Shown one piece after another: positions 59,220 through 64,000 of a DNA stretch of 64,000 nt. The DNA is taken from IMG/VR virus record IMGVR_UViG_3300000154_000005, one strand, 5' to 3'. Numbering within the stretch: the first letter of the stretch is position 1; every line of letters starts with the position of its first letter. The position numbers were made by a program, and so were the translations under genes. The notes under the pieces are model-generated. The model was given only the letters and a program-made list of their open reading frames with translations, was not told where the DNA came from and ran no database searches. The DNA is from an uncultured virus (IMG/VR IMGVR_UViG_3300000154_000005). Its lineage: Duplodnaviria > Heunggongvirae > Uroviricota > Caudoviricetes.

Positions 59220-60822
59220 CTATGAACTGAGTTTGTCCATGCATATTATGAATATGTGGTATTACTACTTGATATAATAAAAATAGGAGGGTATATGTAC
59301 TTGTACTTTTACTTACAAATGGAATAATAAACTTTTTCATTAATAATAATGTACTAACATTAGTCTTTACTAGTTCTTGATTATTGTCAATTTCTTTAAA
59401 TATCTTAGTTGTAATTATATCATAATATTTCGAGACAATCAAATTCATATTTTTTATCGCAAGATTCGTACCACTTTGGCTAATTTTTAGTAATTGATTA
59501 TATGACTGACTAATGACTTTGTGTCTAGGATTTTCAATAACTTCATATGCCAAAAGACGTTTATCATTTTTCCAATCAATAGTAGTACCAAAATACTTAG
59601 TAATATCAATCACAGTAGGTGTATTAATCAAGGGTAATTCTAATTCTTCTTCAGTTGTTTTAGATGTTTTAACATCCGCCAGTACACTATCGATAAATTC
59701 ATCTTTATCAATTTTTAATAGATAATTGTATTTCTCAACTGATGAATTAATAGTCTTAATTTCTTCATCATAATCTAATTCCAAATAATCTTTAAACTTA
59801 AAGAGGATTGAAGTCTGACTTTTGAATACATTAATCATAATTCTTTGAATTGAACCATTAATAATGTTCTCGAAGTTATCCGATTTAGTATTTGGCAATT
59901 TAATACGGTAAAGATAGATTAAGAATGAAACCACTTGTAATGCCGCCGTTAACAATAATGGTTTCACATTTTGCCGTTCATTAATTATATAATTTAAATG
60001 TTGACATGCTGTTTTAATCTTAATAATAATATCATCTTGATTAATATCAAAAGAATTAATAACATTATTCAAATCACTAACATTAGATAGAGAATAACTA
60101 TAAAGTTCAACATCTATAAGGGGGATTATCCCAATGGTGATATTATTCCCGTTCTCTTCTATGATACAGCTGTGACTATTATTAATGATTTGCTTAGTTA
60201 AGTAGAAATTAACAATTTTATTAGGAGAAAGGGAAAAAGCCTCTTCTAAAATATCTGTTATTTCTCCGTTCTTCTCGGGCAACAGTGATTTATCAACTCT
60301 ACTAGGAACAACAGGAACATCGTTACGAACATCGCCGGAAGTAGTAGATCTGCTAGCATTACTTACTTCCTCCTCTTTAGTATCTTCATTCTTTTTATTA
60401 TTTCCTTCATTTTTTAAATTAGATAATATTATTTCATATTGTTCAGATACGGATTTAATAAATGTATATATTAAATAGATTTGAGACTTTTGTAGATATA
60501 ATTTTAAATTTGGTAAGTCAATCGGGATAAAATCTTTCGGATCTTTTAATTTATTCTCAAGATAAAAAACCAGAGATGCTGCTTGAGCCACAGAGATGTC
60601 ATGTTTAAATAACATTTCTAGTGGTAGAGTATTAAATATATTATTAGCAGAGGGGTCCTCTAGAAAAGCTTTCTCCACAGTTTGTATTAGTTGTGGCTGT
60701 TTGAGGTCATGATAACTATACTCGATCCGTAGAGTATTTACCATTGGTTTAACGGTTATCTTAATAACTGCTCTAAAAGTTTGATAATTTATTGGAATAT
60801 ATCGTACTGGTAAATCCATCAT
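59206..60822 (-). CDS. Large hypothetical protein
   Basis: 538 aa ORF; no motif recognised. Confidence 0.65.
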   Translation of the reverse strand: MMDLPVRYIPINYQTFRAVIKITVKPMVNTLRIEYSYHDLKQPQLIQTVEKAFLEDPSANNIFNTLPLEMLFKHDISVAQAASLVFYLENKLKDPKDFIPIDLPNLKLYLQKSQIYLIYTFIKSVSEQYEIILSNLKNEGNNKKNEDTKEEEVSNASRSTTSGDVRNDVPVVPSRVDKSLLPEKNGEITDILEEAFSLSPNKIVNFYLTKQIINNSHSCIIEENGNNITIGIIPLIDVELYSYSLSNVSDLNNVINSFDINQDDIIIKIKTACQHLNYIINERQNVKPLLLTAALQVVSFLIYLYRIKLPNTKSDNFENIINGSIQRIMINVFKSQTSILFKFKDYLELDYDEEIKTINSSVEKYNYLLKIDKDEFIDSVLADVKTSKTTEEELELPLINTPTVIDITKYFGTTIDWKNDKRLLAYEVIENPRHKVISQSYNQLLKISQSGTNLAIKNMNLIVSKYYDIITTKIFKEIDNNQELVKTNVSTLLLMKKFIIPFVSKSTSTYTLLFLLYQVVIPHIHNMHGQTQFIDVFH

Positions 60823-61058
60823 ACTTCTTTTAGTTTCCTATATAATTGTTCACGTTCCCAAAACTTAGTTACTTCTGGAGTTGGATTATTTAGATAACTC
60901 ATTAAAGTACTTTGCATTAGGCCTCTATCAGATGCTAATATATTCAATACTTCAGTATTAGAAACTGGAACGTTTGTTGACCAATAAATAGTCCCAGGGT
61001 CATTTGGAGCATGTTTATTTTCAATCATCATACGATAGACCAATCGACTAACTGTCAT
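60819..61058 (-). CDS. Hypothetical protein with a KLxxx tail (start revised)
   Basis: Start at MTVSRL avoids overlap with 61063-61269; ends LYRKLKEV. Confidence 0.5.
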   Translation of the reverse strand: MTVSRLVYRMMIENKHAPNDPGTIYWSTNVPVSNTEVLNILASDRGLMQSTLMSYLNNPTPEVTKFWEREQLYRKLKEV

Positions 61059-61062
61059 TTGT

Positions 61063-62075
61063 TTAGGACCAGAAGAGTTTGTGATAATTCCGAACATTAT
61101 CCGTAGGGTTCTTAATAAATAACGGTATTGTGATTTCATAATGGCGACAAAATTCATAAGCATTCTCTTCAGTTGGATTATCATTAAAATTAAGTACTAA
61201 ATGTTTAAGTTTACTATCTATATTAAATTTAGTTCTTGCAATATTTAATACTACTTTATTAACATGCATTATACTATCCATTTTAATTTATAATAATTTT
61301 GAATATCTATAGATGGTGATTCAATATAATGAATAGCATCCTCAGATTGAGTAATAGCCTTAAATATTAACTCATTATTCCATGGTTTTGGGTACCAGAG
61401 AATATTCCGATAGTCATCTTCTACTATTCTACCTTTAATTGGAAAGTCTAATATATCACAAGTATGTCTATATGTAGTTGGTAATCGTCTTACCCATTCC
61501 ATTACATCCATAATCTTCTCTGTAGGGATCCATCCGGCTACTTCATCATCTAATCCATTAGCAACTCTGCCAAATGTCATCATATCGTTATTTTCATAGA
61601 ATTTAATATCTTTATCTTGATGCAATATAGCAATTTCAGCATTTATTGATTTATGTGGTTTGTGATTTAAAGATAAATAATCAACTGGCTTATCTAATGT
61701 CTGATCAACACTTCTATTCTCACAATAATTACCATATCCATATTGAATACTTAATATAAATTTATTATCAAATGTAAAATGGATACCACTAGCATCTTGA
61801 GTTGAAATCATTTAAACTTCCCATAATAGAGTATGATAATTAGTAACTGCAATTGTCGGTTCCTCAATATATTTAATTGTGAACTTCCACTTGCGGATTA
61901 ATTCTAATGCTTCATCTTCATCAACTTCGACATAGTTTAAAAGTTCTATGCAGTCTTCCATTGACACAACATCTGGATTATTTTGTATTTGTTTATCAGA
62001 CGGTAATCGACCAAGTTCAAATAGATCGAGATCATATACATGTAATACTCTTAAATCATTCTCATCAATCCACAT
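61063..62075 (-). repeat. Three tandem CDSs (61063-61269, 61269-61811, 61812-62075) with a shared tail I..P[ST]....NY..L.W
   Basis: IKNPTDNVRNYHKLFWS, IESPSIDIQNYYKLKWIV, IEEPTIAVTNYHTLLWEV. Confidence 0.65.
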
Positions 62076-62182
62076 ATTAAATTCCTATAATTCTTAAAAA
62101 TTTATTTTCAATATATTATATCTATATATCTTTGGTCCAAAAATAAAAGCCCCTAGGAAAGTCCTAGGAGCAGTTGAAAAGA

Positions 62183-62680
62183 TTAACAAACGCCGGAGAT
62201 CATCTTTAGAAATTCTTTGCGGGTAATATTAGAGCCACCTTCCCATAATTTTCTTAGAGTAATTGCCTTTCGTTTGGCTTTATCATTCCCGAATTTTTTA
62301 ATAGAAAAAGATGCGCTTTTATGAGTAGATGTACTAGGTGTTCCAAAATAAGCTCGCCAGCTATTGTTATTTTTAGTAAAAAAAACCCCAGCAATCCCAC
62401 TAGTATTTGTAGAATCTAATCCACTATATTCTAGATGTGATAATTCTTTATGGTTTCTTATAGTACTTTCAACAGTTGCATCTGGATTTCCAAATGATAT
62501 ATCCATTCGCAAGAATTTCCCTATCTTGAATGCATCTTTTTTATCATACCTTCCATCAAGAGGTATACGATGGTTTCTATAATTATCGTTTCCTCGTCTC
62601 CCATAAGTAACCGATATATAAGGAACCTTATTAATTACCACTTCATTAACTCCGCGCATATGCTGATCTTCAGTATTCAT
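62183..62680 (-). CDS. AP2-domain DNA-binding protein
   Basis: NTSGIAGV..SWRAY..FSIKKFG..AKRKAITLR. Confidence 0.75.
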   Translation of the reverse strand: MNTEDQHMRGVNEVVINKVPYISVTYGRRGNDNYRNHRIPLDGRYDKKDAFKIGKFLRMDISFGNPDATVESTIRNHKELSHLEYSGLDSTNTSGIAGVFFTKNNNSWRAYFGTPSTSTHKSASFSIKKFGNDKAKRKAITLRKLWEGGSNITRKEFLKMISGVC

Positions 62681-63310
62681 TTTGAGTATACTCCCTGTAT
62701 TTAAGTTAAGTCTGAAAAATAACCCTATTCTTTACTTTATAATATCTATATATAAGTTTTAAAAAATACAGTAAAAATAAGGACTTATTAGGTCAAAGTG
62801 TGAAGAACCAAGAATATATATATATAATATTCCATAACCAAAAGAAATTGAACTAGATAGTATCTATTACTCATTATATCTTTCTTAAAGATTTTAAAGT
62901 AAACTAAGACAATAAGTTAATTAAATTAAAAAATAAAATACTAAGAATTAATAGAAATAATAAACTTGTACTTAAGATAATTCAAAGTGAGTTGTCTTAA
63001 CTCTTCCTATTCTAAGGAGCTAAGTAAAAGTAGCACTCTGGTCTCAGAAGTGAAACTACTTAATAGAAGTTAGAATAGTTTTACGGGGCATTTTTTTCTA
63101 AAAATTTTTTAAGTGGGAGGTCTAACTCAGTATTTGATATAGTTAAAAACTTAACAGCTTTTGTTAGGGTTTCGCCGTCGCGCTGAAACTCTGTTTTTTT
63201 AAGTTAATAGTTAGATTTATAAAAATTATGTATAATTACATTAAAATTTATGATTTTTTATTGAATATACATAAAAAATAAAGGAAGAGAGGAATCCCCT
63301 GGCCGCTTCC

Positions 63311-63340
63311 AAGTTTTCAAAACTAATATATAGATATTAT
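63311..63340 (+). promoter_or_regulatory. Plus-strand promoter motif copy
   Basis: AAGTTTTCAAAACTAATATATAGATATTAT upstream of the plus-strand gene array. Confidence 0.75.
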
Positions 63341-63493
63341 TTTAATGAAAGGGTTTTAAATTTAATCTTTTCATTTGCCGTGGGAGGCTCAACGACGTGT
63401 TTGATGTATCTTCGTTTATATTTTCTTCATCTTTGATAAAATATAGCGAAAATGTATTTTTACAGCTAAATAAATTAACGAAGGAAAAATATA

Positions 63494-63733
63494 ATGAAAC
63501 TAACTCATGATACAGAAAATACAGTAATGCATAGCTATTGGAAAACTGATCCAGAATGGAAAAATAGTTTTATATTATTTATGAAAGAGCCTACACTTGA
63601 AAATGCTATAAATATATATCATTTAAAATCGAAACATTTTGAGAATAACGCATGGACTTCAATCGGCTTCCTCTCTTGGTTCGAAGACCCATCTCAAGAA
63701 CTAATCAACTACGTAAAACTAATGGATTCCTAA
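63494..63733 (+). CDS. Small repeat-family protein
   Basis: AAGGA ribosome binding site; ends WFEDPSQELINYVKLMDS. Confidence 0.7.
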   Translation: MKLTHDTENTVMHSYWKTDPEWKNSFILFMKEPTLENAINIYHLKSKHFENNAWTSIGFLSWFEDPSQELINYVKLMDS

Positions 63734-63978
63734 TGCAATTATCAAAAGAAGTACTTTGCGATTTAATAGATGTTGATGAAGATGTATGGAAACATGATGA
63801 TTGGAAAGAAGTGTTTTTAATATTCCACAATAATCCAACATTCGAAAATGCCATAAATATATACCAATATAAAATTAATAATTTCGATAATGATATATGG
63901 GATAAGGGTTCTTTCTTCACCTGGTTCGAAGACCCATCTCAAGAACTAATCAACTACGTAAAACTAATGGAGTCTTAA
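63733..63978 (+). CDS. Small repeat-family protein (start revised to ATG 63733)
   Basis: TAATG coupling; paralog of 63494-63733; another ORF starts at 63978. Confidence 0.7.
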   Translation: MQLSKEVLCDLIDVDEDVWKHDDWKEVFLIFHNNPTFENAINIYQYKINNFDNDIWDKGSFFTWFEDPSQELINYVKLMES

Positions 63979-64000
63979 TGCACTTACGAGAAGACATAAT

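Noticed and set aside
59206..60822. Sigma-like or nucleus-shell protein
   Set aside because: Size is compatible but no motif supports it; needs structure prediction

Overview
An AT-rich segment of a jumbo bacteriophage genome. Almost all genes are on the minus strand, with a switch to the plus strand near 63.3 kb. It encodes two distinct multisubunit RNA polymerases. RNAP-1 has an intact beta gene interrupted by a group I intron and a beta' split into three genes; RNAP-2 has a beta split into two genes and an intact beta'. Other recognisable genes: a class II ribonucleotide reductase (nrdJa with a group I intron in the active-site motif, plus nrdJb), NAD-dependent DNA ligase, dUTPase, a 5'-3' exonuclease, an SF2 helicase, a resolvase, a TGT/DpdA-like transglycosylase, ClpS, Hsp20, KhpA, a Whirly-like protein, four tRNAs, a tmRNA and four homing endonucleases. 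About 19 copies of one promoter motif (GTTTTCA-N~9-TATAGATATWAT) occur in intergenic gaps. The least explained signals are: (i) about 25 small proteins with largely unrelated bodies that share a C-terminal helix ending [KR]L-x-x-x-stop, including a 16-gene tandem operon; (ii) at least two promoter-driven, highly structured, non-coding transcription units that I cannot assign to a family; (iii) a stand-alone 16-codon peptide gene; (iv) two places where a stop codon or frameshift separates a protein from its family tail. All calls come from reading the sequence by eye; no database searches or folding programs were run.
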